This document shows positions 40,251-54,073 of a DNA stretch of 60,857 bases, in pieces. Each line of letters opens with the position of its first letter. Positions within the stretch are counted from its first letter, which is position 1. Below the pieces are notes generated by a model, which was given only the letters and a program-made list of their open reading frames with translations, made no database searches and was not told the DNA's origin. The stretch is taken from the NCBI GenBank assembly GCA_001938485.1, contig MQRK01216652.1:1-60857 (forward strand), written 5' to 3'. This stretch comes from Girardia tigrina. Its lineage: Eukaryota. The translations under genes were made by a program, and so were the position numbers.

Positions 40251-40631
40251 ACAAATTCAAATATATTAATTGTATATACTTTTCACACAATTCTAATTTT
40301 CTTAAATCTTAAATTTTCAGTCCTCCAATCTACCAACTAAGCTATCATCGGTAGTGATTACATTGATCACTTTTATAATATCTATTCTATTTCATTGTAA
40401 ACCATATTTTTGTTTGAACATTTCTGAAATTCTCAAAGTGCTTAAAAATCAATTTTACACATGTGCTGCTTAGGCTCCACATGTGTTAATCAATACTGCA
40501 CTAAGCCTAGGCAAACTGAACATGTGCTAATCAATAATACACATGTGCAGCCTGATTAAGCTTAGTACAAGTGTACAAAATCAATAAGTTCACAATTGCA
40601 CAAAGTGCAATATATTCATGTTTTAATATAA

Positions 40632-40985
40632 TATAGTTTAAAGTGGGGTCGAATTCTCATAGGATATACAAGGTGAAGATAACAAAATATCGAAAATCTG
40701 TCTGAACACATGTAACCCTAGGGAGAAACCCATAGGTAAATAGCCAGAATATGATCTTAGATTCTCGAAAAAACGCACACATATCGATTATTGAGATGTT
40801 GTGTTTTATAGTGTAAAGTGGGGTCGAACTCCCATAGGGTCTACAGGTCCAAGAAAGCAAAATATCAAAAATCTGTTTGAACACATGGATAGTAACCCAT
40901 AGGTAAATAGACGGAATATGATCTTAGATTCTCGAAAAAATCAATACATAGTGCTTTATTGAGATGTTGTGTTTTATAGTTTAAG
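40632..40985. repeat. Diverged tandem repeat, ~175-bp unit x2
   Basis: aaagtggggtcgaa...gaatatgatcttagattctcgaaaaaa...ttattgagatgttgtgttttatagt repeated. Confidence 0.9.
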
Positions 40986-42699
40986 TTTCTTCGAAGCCCA
41001 TTCATTTCGATATTTCCATGAATGACAAAATTTTAGCATAAAATATTTACAGGAAATTCCTTGAAAACAATGAAATTCGAACAGTTGATACAAAAATAAT
41101 GGTAGAGTCACAATAATCATATCATTTTTACATATTTATCACATTCAATGAATGTGATTTTCCATTCAAGGAGTTTTCTTTGGTAAATACGGCCTTCAGT
41201 TTTCTTTATAATTTTTACCATCTACTTATTTTTTTATAGCTGAAGATGTTTTCTGTTCTGCTTTACCAATAATTTCAAATCCGATTCTGATACATTGAAT
41301 TTTTTATATTCCATAATGTTTGTTGTCACATCAGCCACGGTCGCCATATTTTTTTGAGTGAATGCATTTATTAACAACACAAATAGACTCATCGTTACAG
41401 AAATTTTCGGTAGCAATATCTGCGCTAAGCATCTTTCTTTGATTGATATCTTTTTAATATTTATTCCAATCTTTTATTAATGAATGAGATAGAAATAATG
41501 ATAACTGTAATAACCTCACAGAACACATTCCGTTTTTTTACTACTTGGTGATTCTAATAGTCATGTAATTAGTTACGTTAAAGTGCCTTGTCTATTTGTG
41601 ACATGTAATTTATTTTTATGTATTTTGAAATTTTTACAAATGGATTCGCGTCATGTTTTATTTTTATCCAAAGCGTTAAAGAAATTTAAGACTCATAAAG
41701 TTTTGAAAGAGAAGAAGATATAAATTATGAGAAGAATATAAAGATAAAGTTAAATATAAAGATATAAGATTAAGAAAACAAGAAAAAATAACAATTATTA
41801 TTATTATGAATAAAAATCAATCGATAAAAATAAACGATTTTGGATTTAAATAAATATAACATTATTCAACTTACCAAGCGACTGGATATTTCGCGATAAT
41901 TATTATAATTAGACAATCCCAATTGTTATATACATTCAATCAGTTTCAAATGAATTTCAATCCAATCTCAGACGACGATATTATTTTGATACGAATCAGT
42001 TGTAATTATCATTAACAATATTTACCTACATTGTGTTTTTACTGTTTCGATTAAACATATCGTTGTTAAAACCGATTTGTTCTCATTTTATATTAAGTTA
42101 GAATTTCATTCATAAGATTATGGTATTATCTCTCATCATAAAACGGGGTTAATATTGTTATTTTTACAATTGGATCCCACTTCTGACACCAATTGTAAAA
42201 ATAACGAAAATCCTCTTTTTGAGTATCCACAAGAAACATTGATTGAAGATGATCTCAGTAAGACACAGTTGGTTTGAATTGAGTTACCAGGTGTCAAATA
42301 ATTTTCTGCAGCTGTAAAAAATATGGATTTCATACGTGGAATCAAACAATAATAAAAAATTATCATTTAAAAAAGAGACAAAGTATTTAATCATCAAAAA
42401 GTCGAAATTCGCAATATAATTTTATTGGAAATATATTTTTTTATTAAACGACGCGATCGACCGTCTCGGGGATACTGATGTTGTTGAAATCACGATCATC
42501 CTGATATCTTTATCTTTTTCTTTGAATTGTATTCAATAATGAATACAGATGCCTAAGCGATCCATTTCCGTTTTTGACTAAGTTGAATAAGTAAAGGATC
42601 TTTATCAATTTCGAATTGACAATTAAAAATAAACAAACCATTTCAGATGCCATTTTATTTTTAAAAAATATTGAATATTATTTAAACAAATGTATTATA

Positions 42700-43267
42700 A
42701 AGACAGAAAATCGAAAGCTAATTCGAAAAATACACACGACTATTCACTGGATCATCATGAAGCAGAATACAACAAACCTAAAGATCTCGTAAAAAAAGAA
42801 TTCGTTAATTTTCGACTCACCGATCTTTTTGGAAAAAGATACTAACAGGTACAAAGGTGTGAAAATAATTTACGACGGACCAGAAGAAACCGATGTTGCT
42901 ACACAAAAATGGATGATGTTTTCATTCGAAGGTTATCAATCTTTGCCGACGATACATTTGCATCGACAAAGGGGATATTTAAATAGCAAACAAAGAGAAT
43001 TTTGAAATTCTGATTGATCATCCGAGTATCAGCAAAAAGCACGCCGTTATCCAGTTCAGAAATATTGAAGACACGGTCAAACCGTATTTAATCGATTTAA
43101 AATCGTCAAATGGAACCTTTATCAATGGTGTAAATATCGAACCTCAACGATATTAAGAGTTGCTGGAGGAAGACGTTCTGAAATTCGGATTTTACACTTG
43201 CGATTATGTGTTACTGACCGATAAATTAATGAAGATGGACGATGAAAACGAGGAAGAAACTGACTAA
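42700..43267 (+). pseudogene. SNIP1: Intronless SNIP1/Pml1-like FHA-domain pseudogene
   Basis: LEKDTNRYKGVKIIYDGPEE..KWMMFSFEG..LPTIHLHRQRGYL/..IDHPSISKKHAVIQFR..VKPYLIDLKSSNGTFING..IEPQRY*ELLEEDVLKFGF..DYVLL; two frameshifts, one stop; AATAAA about 95 bp downstream. Confidence 0.9.
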
Positions 43268-43993
43268 AAGAGTTTCATTGCGTTGATGAAGATATTTATG
43301 TTGAGTTTTATTTTAAAATGTATTTTAAGTATTTAAAATTGTATATATTTATTATTTTAAAATAAAATCTGGAAAATAGTTACAAATCTTAAATTGAAAA
43401 TATTTATAAAAAAGAAATCTAAAATCATATCTTGTTATATAGATAAGAATGAAAAAGTAGATAAGAAATAAATAAGAAAAGAAGAAAAAATGATTATTTA
43501 TTGTAAATAAATAGAAATAATTATATAAAAAGTTAATTATTTTTGAAATTTACAATCTGGAAAAAGGAATTTAAAAAATTATTTTTATAAAAGTTGATTG
43601 CAATTTTTCGATGTTCATTGTCAGGAGGGTCTTAAGGAAAAGACCGGCTTTTAAATTTTTAAATTGTGGAATAAGTTTAATGATTTATTGCGATAATTAC
43701 TGAGAAAAATACTATAAAAAGAAGTCTAAAAATAACAAATCACAAAAATATTTTCTATGCTGAAAAAGTAGACTTTACACAATAAAAATAATTTAATCGA
43801 GTAGTCACGAAGGCTCTCAATCAAAAAGTAAAATCGGCTAGGAGCTAAATCATTCTTTCCTTCTTTTAAATTGTAATTGTATATTTTTTAATTTAATAAA
43901 TCTTTAATAAAATAAACCATTGTTTTCTTAATTGATTATTAAAAAACCGATAAGACTCAACATTTATTTATTGTCATTTCATTTTAAAAATTA

Positions 43994-45181
43994 TCTATAT
44001 TATAAAAGCCCAAGTCACTGCCTGCCTGCCTGCTTCACTAACGCTCATATTATCTACTTACAATTGTAAGTAGATAATTATATTACTAATAATTCATATG
44101 GAAAANNNNNNNNNNNNNNNNNNNNNNNNNNNNNNNNNNNNNNNNNNNNNNNNNNNNNNNNNNNNNNNNNNNNNNNNNNNNNNNNNNNNNNNNNNNNNNN
44201 NNNNNNNNNNNNNNNNNNNNNNNNNNNNNNNNNNNNNNNNNNNNNNNNNNNNNNNNNNNNNNNNNNNNNNNNNNNNNNNNNNNNNNNNNNNNNNNNNNNN
44301 NNNNNNNNNNNNNNNNNNNNNNNNNNNNNNNNNNNNNNNNNNNNNNNNNNNNNNNNNNNNNNNNNNNNNNNNNNNNNNNNNNNNNNNNNNNNNNNNNNNN
44401 NNNNNNNNNNNNNNNNNNNNNNNNNNNNNNNNNNNNNNNNNNNNNNNNNNNNNNNNNNNNNNNNNNNNNNNNNNNNNNNNNNNNNNNNNNNNNNNNNNNN
44501 NNNNNNNNNNNNNNNNNNNNNNNNNNNNNNNNNNNNNNNNNNNNNNNNNNNNNNNNNNNNNNNNNNNNNNNNNNNNNNNNNNNNNNNNNNNNNNNNNNNN
44601 NNNNNNNNNNNNNNNNNNNNNNNNNNNNNNNNNNNNNNNNNNNNNNNNNNNNNNNNNNNNNNNNNNNNNNNNNNNNNNNNNNNNNNNNNNNNNNNNNNNN
44701 NNNNNNNNNNNNNNNNNNNNNNNNNNNNNNNNNNNNNNNNNNNNNNNNNNNNNNNNNNNNNNNNNNNNNNNNNNNNNNNNNNNNNNNNNNNNNNNNNNNN
44801 NNNNNNNNNNNNNNNNNNNNNNNNNNNNNNNNNNNNNNNNNNNNNNNNNNNNNNNNNNNNNNNNNNNNNNNNNNNNNNNNNNNNNNNNNNNNNNNNNNNN
44901 NNNNNNNNNNNNNNNNNNNNNNNNNNNNNNNNNNNNNNNNNNNNNNNNNNNNNNNNNNNNNNNNNNNNNNNNNNNNNNNNNNNNNNNNNNNNNNNNNNNN
45001 NNNNNNNNNNNNNNNNNNNNNNNNNNNNNNNNNNNNNNNNNNNNNNNNNNNNNNNNNNNNNNNTTTACCTTAGAGCGTTAGTGAGGCAGTGAGGCAGGCA
45101 GTGAGTTACTTGGGCTTTTATAATATAAAAAAAATTGAACCCCCGGCAAGAGAGGGCCGCGAAGCGGGCCGAGCGCGCTAG
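43994..45181 (+). mobile_element. Non-autonomous Helitron (interior is an assembly gap)
   Basis: A|TCTATATTATAAAA 5' end, GC hairpin GGCCGC-GAA-GCGGGCC and CTAG|T 3' end, inserted at A^T without TSD. Confidence 0.85.
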
Positions 45182-46047
45182 TTGAATAATATTTAAATAA
45201 ATATTATTTTAATCAATATTAATTATCGATATATTTTTGAGTGATTTAAATTTCATTTTTTGAAATCATTAATAAATTTGAATTTTAAAGTCTATTTTCT
45301 TGTATTTATTTGTGATAAGAAGAATTAACTTTTTAATTTCTAAAAAATTAATTTAAACAATAAAACCAATTATTTTATCGTTTCAAAATCGTGCTAAATG
45401 TACAATTATAACTGAAATTACTTTTTTACTTATTTCATTCAAATGAATTTATTTCATTTAAGTAGAATTTTCAATTTAAAAAAATTTTAATTCAAAAACA
45501 TTAAATATATATTTTTATGTACATAAAAGCAATCATAATAACTGTTGGGCTAATTATTCCAATGAAAAAAATTTATATTTTGTGCTTCATCAAAAACCAA
45601 TACCTTTTCTTCAATACATCTCGTTTTTAAAACTTTTTTACTCGAAAAAATTTAGAAAATCAACCATTATAATTTTAATAATTTTACGCCTAACAAAAAA
45701 ATTTACCGGAAATTTTGATGCAATTCTCAAATATATTAATGTCACTTTTCATATTTTGTATTTATAGTCCCACGAAAAAGCTCAATAGATTGGACAATGT
45801 GTTCTTTACAAATGAATAGGTCTTAGGTAGCGTGATAAAAGTTTCAAAAAGGTATAACCCATATCGTGAGTTTTGAAATACGAACTTAAGAACTATACGG
45901 TCGTTTAAACGCGAAACGTGCCCACCTCTACATAATTCTCGCAGTACCGCACGGGTGGATTCACTTAAGTTCGAATTTCATATTAATTTAGATGCAAATA
46001 CCTTTTCATTACCTATTTCCAAGAGAAATAACTTCTTTTCTGAATAG

Positions 46048-47854
46048 TGTTGGGATATTAGGTGAATTTATATAAAACAGAAACTAAAACAAGAGTTATC
46101 TTTAAATAAAATTTATTTATTATATACAAGTTTCACAATCACGAAATGAGTTTAGGAACTTAACTTATTAAGAATTTAAAGATTAGATAAAAAGGGAGAA
46201 GAGATTCTCCTACCCCGCTGATTTTAGAATGTATATAAGGATATTGTTGGAAACGTGGGGGTCGACGTGAATTTCGATCTCCGTAGGTTTCAACAGAAAA
46301 GGAAGATTTACAATTCGGTTAATTGCGAACCTTCCTAAAGGAATGAGTTTATTAAAAGAATTTGAGTTTAAAACGTCAAATTAAATTCGAATACTATTAA
46401 ATGACAACATGAGACAATTTCTTTAATAAACTTTTATTTATATTTACAATAAATACAGATAGCAAAATTAATTGTGTTTTCCTAATGTGTAATGTCTGAT
46501 TTTAGGAGTGGTCACAGTACATCGACTGCAGACCACTAAAGATGATTTTAGAGATAATAAATATTATTAGTTTAATAATTAAGGAAATATAATAATAGAT
46601 TATTGATTTTAGGATATATTAAGTTTTAAATAATAAAAATTCTAAATAACTATTTAAGAACCTCACCAAATGTGAAAAATTATTCTCCTCCTACTNNNNN
46701 NNNNNNNNNNNNNNNNNNNNNNNNNNNNNNNNNNNNNNNNNNNNNNNNNNNNNNNNNNNNNNNNNNNNNNNNNNNNNNNNNNNNNNNNNNNNNNNNNNNN
46801 NNNNNNNNNNNNNNNNNNNNNNNNNNNNNNNNNNNNNNNNNNNNNNNNNNNNNNNNNNNNNNNNNNNNNNNNNNNNNNNNNNNNNNNNNNNNNNNNNNNN
46901 NNNNNNNNNNNNNNNNNNNNNNNNNNNNNNNNNNNNNNNNNNNNNNNNNNNNNNNNNNNNNNNNNNNNNNNNNNNNNNNNNNNNNNNNNNNNNNNNNNNN
47001 NNNNNNNNNNNNNNNNNNNNNNNNNNNNNNNNNNNNNNNNNNNNNNNNNNNNNNNNNNNNNNNNNNNNNNNNNNNNNNNNNNNNNNNNNNNNNNNNNNNN
47101 NNNNNNNNNNNNNNNNNNNNNNNNNNNNNNNNNNNNNNNNNNNNNNNNNNNNNNNNNNNNNNNNNNNNNNNNNNNNNNNNNNNTTAAATTATTTGTAATA
47201 TTTTCAATATTTATAAAATAAATTCTAAATAAATAATATCGTCGTATTATTTATTTATCATATTAAATAATAAATTGTCTTTATTTACAATAAAATAATT
47301 AAGATAAACAAACGCAAAAATAAATAAAACAAAAACACCAAACACATCCCAAACAATATATTAAGAAAAATATATAATTATATTTAATTCGCACTTTTTG
47401 CTTTTCCTCTTTTTCTTTCTCTTCAATTCTTGATTTGAGCTGCTTTTTATATGTTTTCCACAAAAAATCAACAAGCACTTGACTTCTTCTAAATAGTCAA
47501 GTGCAAAATTCAGCTGTCTCTTTCTCCTTTTTTAAAAAATAAATCAGCTGTCTCTTTTACACTTTCTTAAAAAAATAATTAAGGTTTCTTTTAATTAAAA
47601 CTTTCTCTTTAAATTATAACTCTTCCTTCTCAAGCTTTTTGTCGAATCTTCTCTTAAACCTTTCTTGTTTTTATATTGTCTTTTTTAATTTGATTTCTTT
47701 TTATTTATCTTTAAAATAATTTGCTTATTTTATTGATATAAACATCTCTTAAACTAATTTTATTTAATTACTTTTACTTATTTACTTTTTTACTTATACC
47801 CATTTAATTAAAATAAATATTAATTTTCAATATTTATATTTTATATACTCAACA
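46048..47854. mobile_element. Solo LTR (Gypsy-type) with 4-bp TSD
   Basis: TGTTGGGATAT...ATACTCAACA flanked by ATAG on both sides; includes a gap and possibly a nested LTR piece. Confidence 0.8.
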
Positions 47855-48289
47855 ATAGTAACGAAATAATGATAGATAGATTTTACAGCCAAAATATTTC
47901 ACATAATGTAGAATAGATTGTTCTGGGAATTTTTGATGAAAGTAAAGAAATGCTTGTCAGACTCTGAGCTAAATAATAAATAGTTCAACAAAAAATTGAT
48001 TCTTTGGATAAGAGATTGATGTGAAGATAGAATAGATTCTTGGACTATAGAAAAAGATAAAATAAAATTGAATGATTCTTCAACCGCTTCACAAACAAAT
48101 AGACTAAAAATCTCATAGCATAATTCATTTAATAAATCCAATCAATATTTTTTTATTGTTTTTAAATTTTTTAAAAATCGATACATAAACTCATAATTTT
48201 AAATATAATTATAATATAATACAAGTGAATGAGATCGCTGATAAGCATTATATATATAATATAAATTTTAAATTAAAAAATCCAACCCT

Positions 48290-49200
48290 GTAAGAGCCAC
48301 TTGGAGGCCCAGGTCAGGTAATATAAGTGGTCCCTATGTTCAGAAAAAAATAAATAAATAAAATTTATACGTTTTTATTGATCAAAAATTTATTTACTAA
48401 AATACATAAAATAAAAATATGATTCAAAATATAAAAACAACTAAATCTAATGAATAAAAATTACAAAAGTGCTTCTCGAGCATTTAGAGCTGCAAAAGAA
48501 TTTATTAATTAGGAAAAATCCAAATTTCTCGCTATATCCCAATTTTTAATTAGCGTTGCCAGACCATTTACTCGATCCTGAACCATTGCTGATCTCACAT
48601 AATTTTTAATTCGTTTGAGAGCGCCTTAACAAATCTCTGCCGTTGCTACGCTTACTAGATTGGTTAAAAATTTTCTAATGGCAATAGAAATATATGGGTA
48701 ATCGTTTCAAAACCCATTTTAATAATTTCTTTTAAAGGTTCGGACGATTTTATGCAGCCTTTAAAATTGGATTTATATATTCTTTTAAGAAATATAATTT
48801 CCTCAATAATATGTTCGCTTATTTCATTTTCATATTTATTTTGTAATTTTTTTACTGTTACAACTATGCTCTTCTCTTCCATGTCATTAAAATTCCATAG
48901 AACTTCAAATAAGTTGCATATAGAAGAAACAGCTTTAAATCTTTCTTATATTTTTCCATTTAATATTGCGTTAATAATCTCGTTAAATATGTTGTGAAAA
49001 TATGCTTCTGCAGATACTTGATCTTTTATTCAGTGATTTGTCGCAAATTCTGCAACGATTTCATTATTTGCTGCAATTTTCCTTGACTCAGAAAGAAGCA
49101 AATTCCATCCATTTTCAATTTTTTATATCTTCAATTAGTTTGTCAATATTAATTCTTTCTTTTGCCATTGTTGCTTTCTGGGTTTGGAGAATTAGATTTG
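48290..49200 (-). mobile_element. Degraded hAT transposase C-terminus (ZMYM1-like)
   Basis: LVSVATAEIC*GALKRIKNYVRSAMVQDRVNGLATL..DIARNLDF..LINSFAALNAR matches the hAT dimerisation domain. Confidence 0.8.
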
Positions 49201-49569
49201 TTTGATACAATTGTGAGGGATCATTTGGAATGTTGTAAGTTTGTTGTTTGTATGCCGTTTAGATTTGTGACTCTCCTACTCAGATGGGATTGATTAATCT
49301 AAATGAAGCACATTGATTGATTATTTGAATCTAATGATATTAATTTTATATACTAATCAATTAAAGTTTTATAATTATGAATTTTAATAATATTTTTGGT
49401 AAACGATTTTACCTTATTAAATTTAATATATTTTAAAAATTAATGTTCATTTAAATAATTACGTAATGCCTTTTCATCCAATAAAATTTAAGAAATTAAA
49501 AATTAATATTAAAAAATTTCCCATTCATTTTTTTTGATTTGAATACATAAAAAAATATCAATCAAAGAA

Positions 49570-51140
49570 AGATGCTCCCTGAAAATCGTTGAGAAAAATC
49601 CATTCTGGATACAATGAAGGAGTTGGTAAACTTACGGTGGGGATCCTCCAACCCAGAAGAAACATACAAAAAAGCAGAGGAACTTGTGAATATACTAACA
49701 AAAGAAAAAATGTCTAAAAAAGAACTACTCAACCTTGCCTGTTTAAACATGATTGACAGTTTTGAAATCAAAAAAGAATTAAAACTGAGAGGAACAACTG
49801 AAACCAAAGATATAAAACGCGTAGTTACCAATATGTACGAACTACGTAAAATGGAAAGTGAGGAAACAGTGGCAGCATATACGACGGTAAATATACAAGA
49901 TAATTGGAACACCGTAACTAGACGCAAAGCTGTACACAATGAAAGAACCCCGCATAGACATTACGAACACAACAATATGAACCAAGGAAATAATGGATTC
50001 AAACCGAAAAACAATTATTACAGAACTGTAAAATGTTATGCATGTCAAGAAGAAGGCTACATAAGAAGAGATTGCCCAAATGTGAAGTGTAATCACTGCA
50101 ACATAAATGGTCATTATAGAACTCAATGTTATCTCAACAAGAATAGATTTAAGGAAAGAGAACAGTACAGTAGAAACAGCGATTGGAAGAAAAAAAATAA
50201 TGCAGGATACCATAATAGACCTCAAAATCGTCAATTCCCAGTTGCGGAAATTGATGAAAGCAATGTCGACAGCGAATACGAAAAGACTAGATCAGATCAA
50301 GGAAAGTTAACTAAAGGGTCTTCCTAGATAAGAGACAAAAGTATGAAAATGATCAGGGAAACGAGGAGAAACGATCACAAAGAGAGGTGATCAATGTGCT
50401 TCATTAAGTGATAAAAATAAGTATGATGGTGTGAGTGATTGTGTATGTGAATGTGTGTGTGATTGTATATGTAATTGTATGACTGGAAATAACCTCCTCG
50501 AAGTTTGTAAATTAGATTGTTGGAAAGAAGAATGTGAAAGAAACTGTTTTGGTAGTAAAATGGAAGAAAAAAGAGGCAAAACGAAGAATGAAGAAATTTT
50601 AAAAATAACAAAGTTTAACATTAAATATGACAAACTGGATGGTAGACCAAGTATAGATTTTTACTTTAAAAATAAAGAAGTACACTGTCTTTTAGACACC
50701 GGTGCTAGAGTAAATATGATTGAATTAAGTTTAATTAAAAACATACCAGATATTAGGGTTAGAGAATCGCGAAGACGTTTAGCATGCGCAAATGCTTCGG
50801 AATTATTTCATTATGGAACAGTACTCTTGAAGATTAAAATTGTAGGGAACAAAAAGAATATAAAATTCTGTTGTCAAAAAAATGAACCCGGAAATGATAG
50901 CAGGACTGAACTTTTTGGATAAATTTGGGATAAAGTTGATTAAGAAATCAATACAAAATAGTGATGTATTTATGATAAGGGATAGCCCATCAGATGAAGG
51001 CAGTTTGAAAAGGATATTGCTGGATAGATAGATATATAAATATGGACCACCTAAAGAAATCCATGTGGATAGAGGCAAAGCATTTGAATCAGAACTATTT
51101 AAAGAAACACTGAAGAAGTTTAAGATAGAAGTATTTTATT
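49570..51140 (+). mobile_element. Ty3/Gypsy internal remnant: gag, protease, integrase fragment; RT/RNase H deleted
   Basis: Zinc knuckles CYACQEEGYIRRDC and CNHCNINGHYRTQC, protease CLLDTGARVNMI, integrase core YGPPKEIHVDRGKAFESELF. Confidence 0.9.
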
Positions 51141-54073
51141 TGTCACGACCTCTTCGAGTGATAACATTCTTGAATGCTCCTGAGTCCCCAGTGATTGTTA
51201 AAGGTCAACCACAACCCACTTTGATTTTACTCTGACTCTAAATATTAAGGTGTAACTGGGTCGGACGCCTCTCCTTACCTGACATCTGTCTAGTAGTGCC
51301 AAGCTCAGACGGCTTTCGGGTTCCGTTCAAGACAGGACGGACAAACTAGCTCAGGCTGATTTCTTGTTGTGTAGCTATGCATTCCTCTGATGAATGTGTC
51401 GCTCATGTTTGTCTGAAATGTAATTGCTATGTCGATGATTACAACTTGAGGCACTGTTATGTATTATGTATTATCAAGCTTTCGGCAATGTCGGGTCTCT
51501 TAGTTGTTCCCTGTTATTCTTGCCTGTATCGCTCATGTTTCATCATTTAAATTCTCTAAGAACCTTGCTTCATCTGAAATACATCTGAAATCAATTTAGA
51601 TAGATCATATGTGATTATTTACCGTCATGTAGCCATCATTATTTTATTATTTGCTCTCAGACACTCACGGTATATCATTATATATCGTCATCAAATATTA
51701 TTGTATAGCATTATTTTTAATGCTGCTTTTATCTTGAATTGATTTATTTATAAATGTTAAATTATTTTAATTTATATCAGTTTGTTTTGTATTATAACTA
51801 CTTATTATATTACCTCGGCTTACCTTAAGATATATCAATAATCATCCCATATCAATAACAGGTTATCAAATTTATCATGTTTAAAATGCATCATTCATAT
51901 TAATTCATCTCGTCAGTCTATATCTATCAATTTAATTCCATAAGTCAACGTCGACAATGTCTGAAATCGCTCGTCTAATTCTGTCAACGCACTTACTGCA
52001 GAATACTTGTAGGTGTGCCGGCGCATCACTCCCTGCAGAATTTAGATTCAGATTAAATTCTATTTTTAGTAACCATTTCTCTAATGGTTTTCTACTATTG
52101 ATTATCTGTATCGAACAATTCAATTCATTTGGAATTATCCCTAAGGGTTTATCATTCATTGAGAACTATGATAACGACGACCCGGCCAAACTCTCCCTAA
52201 ACTTCTATCAATGGGGAAAAACTCAAAAGTTAGTTACAAATAAATAATAAGATAATTATCATAAAATATATTCAGATCCAAGAATAAAAAATAAAATTTT
52301 ATCCACACAATAAAATTAACCGAAAATTTACAGTTATAATGGAATCCGGAGGTTAGTTTCTTGGTAATAGATTCGCTGCGGTTTTATCTGTAGACACGTC
52401 GGTAGCTTGAAGTGTCTCTCTCGATCTCAAATTCGGGTTTGGTTTCTCGTGTATCTCGCTGCTCGTTTAATCATTATCGCAGTGATTCTCAGCGTCTGTA
52501 TAATGTTGTTGCGATTATTGCTAGTGCAATTTGTTGTTGATATGTCGATAAACTAGTTTTAAATCTTTATTGAAAGATAATTAACTTACAATCTATTAAT
52601 TTCTGTTGTGTTGCTCGAACTTTTGAAATGTGTTCTTATAATATCGAATCATATCTATTTAGATGTTCAACTAAGCCAAGCAAATTTCTATTATCTGGAT
52701 TCCCAATGGGCTCATTAGATCCAAAAAAGTTAGTCCTCTCGGGTAGAAAAAAATATTATATCAAGAAAACGTTTCAAAAGATTTTTCCATTATGTGGTTT
52801 CATTTTCATTTGCATTTATCAGTGTAAAAAGTAAAACTAGTTGGTAAATAACGGGAACCTCCTAATTCACATTTTACTTAAAAAAATATAAAAAATTAAT
52901 CAAAGTTATTTGAATATGATAATGTATAATATTAAATACTTTTAATTAACAAGGAACTTCACTGAATAAAAAACCCAATTATCGAGAGCAGTCAATCACG
53001 AACCGTAAAAGAGTCGATTTTCCAGCAGGTATAGAATATTAGAGTCCAATAAGTTTGTATAGATTTGGATTGGTTGCAAATAAATGTAATCGTTACTGAA
53101 AGTTTTTTAATGAATTTTCTGATTATACTGGATAATTTGAGGGAAATATCTTGATTTCTCAGGATCTAATTAAAATCGTATGATGATTAAATGGAAAGAC
53201 TTGATTCCGGATTTGGTCTCGGATAAATTTTTGACTGCAATTTGAACGAAATGATATAACCAACAAATTTGTCGCGATGTCTTATTACAGAATTAATTTT
53301 TTTGTGATCAATTTATTTTCATTATTATTTATTATATATATATATATATATATNNNNNNNNNNNNNNNNNNNNNNNNNNNNNNNNNNNNNNNNNNNNNNN
53401 NNNNNNNNNNNNNNNNNNNNNNNNNNNNNNNNNNNNNNNNNNNNNNNNNNNNNNNNNNNNNNNNNNNNNNNNNNNNNNNNNNNNNNNNNNNNNNNNNNNN
53501 NNNNNNNNNNNNNNNNNNNNNNNNNNNNNNNNNNNNNNNNNNNNNNNNNNNNNNNNNNNNNNNNNNNNNNNNNNNNNNNNNNNNNNNNNNNNNNNNNNNN
53601 GCAAACCAACCATTGGCAGCTATCAATTGCCATTTGAGAAAACGATATGTTTTCTCTATCGTTCCGTACTTTACAAGGTAACGGAGACATATGATAAAGA
53701 TGACAACTAACAGCACACAGATTTCGGATTGTTTTGAGTTTGATGAGAAGGTTAAAATTGAGTTGATTGTATTGAGTGTGAGAATTTTCATCTCAAAGAT
53801 TAGCTTTTGGTGTGCTGTTAGTTGTAATTAGTTGTAAATTATAATCATAGTTCGGTTTCGTTTTTTTTAAATAAATTTCTAGTTAAATATTTTCTTTCAT
53901 TTTTTAAAAGAAAATGTTATTTACAAAAAAGTTAAATTTAATTTAATATTTGAAATTAACGTTTAATATTGTTTTGATATTCGCGGTAAATCCGCTAATT
54001 TGTAAATGTAATAATAATAAAAGAATTTTATACGAGAGATATTGATTTCAATTATTATCTAAGAAAGTTATTC

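Noticed and set aside
44098-47187. Long ORFs in the track spanning N runs (also 26477-27137 alternative frames and 53277-53791)
   Set aside because: Artefacts of assembly gaps
15355-51400. CTGATGA occurrences as hammerhead ribozyme cores
   Set aside because: None has the required stem II plus GAAA arrangement
51141-51860. TG...CA segment truncating the Gypsy integrase, possible LTR
   Set aside because: No TSD or second copy in the window
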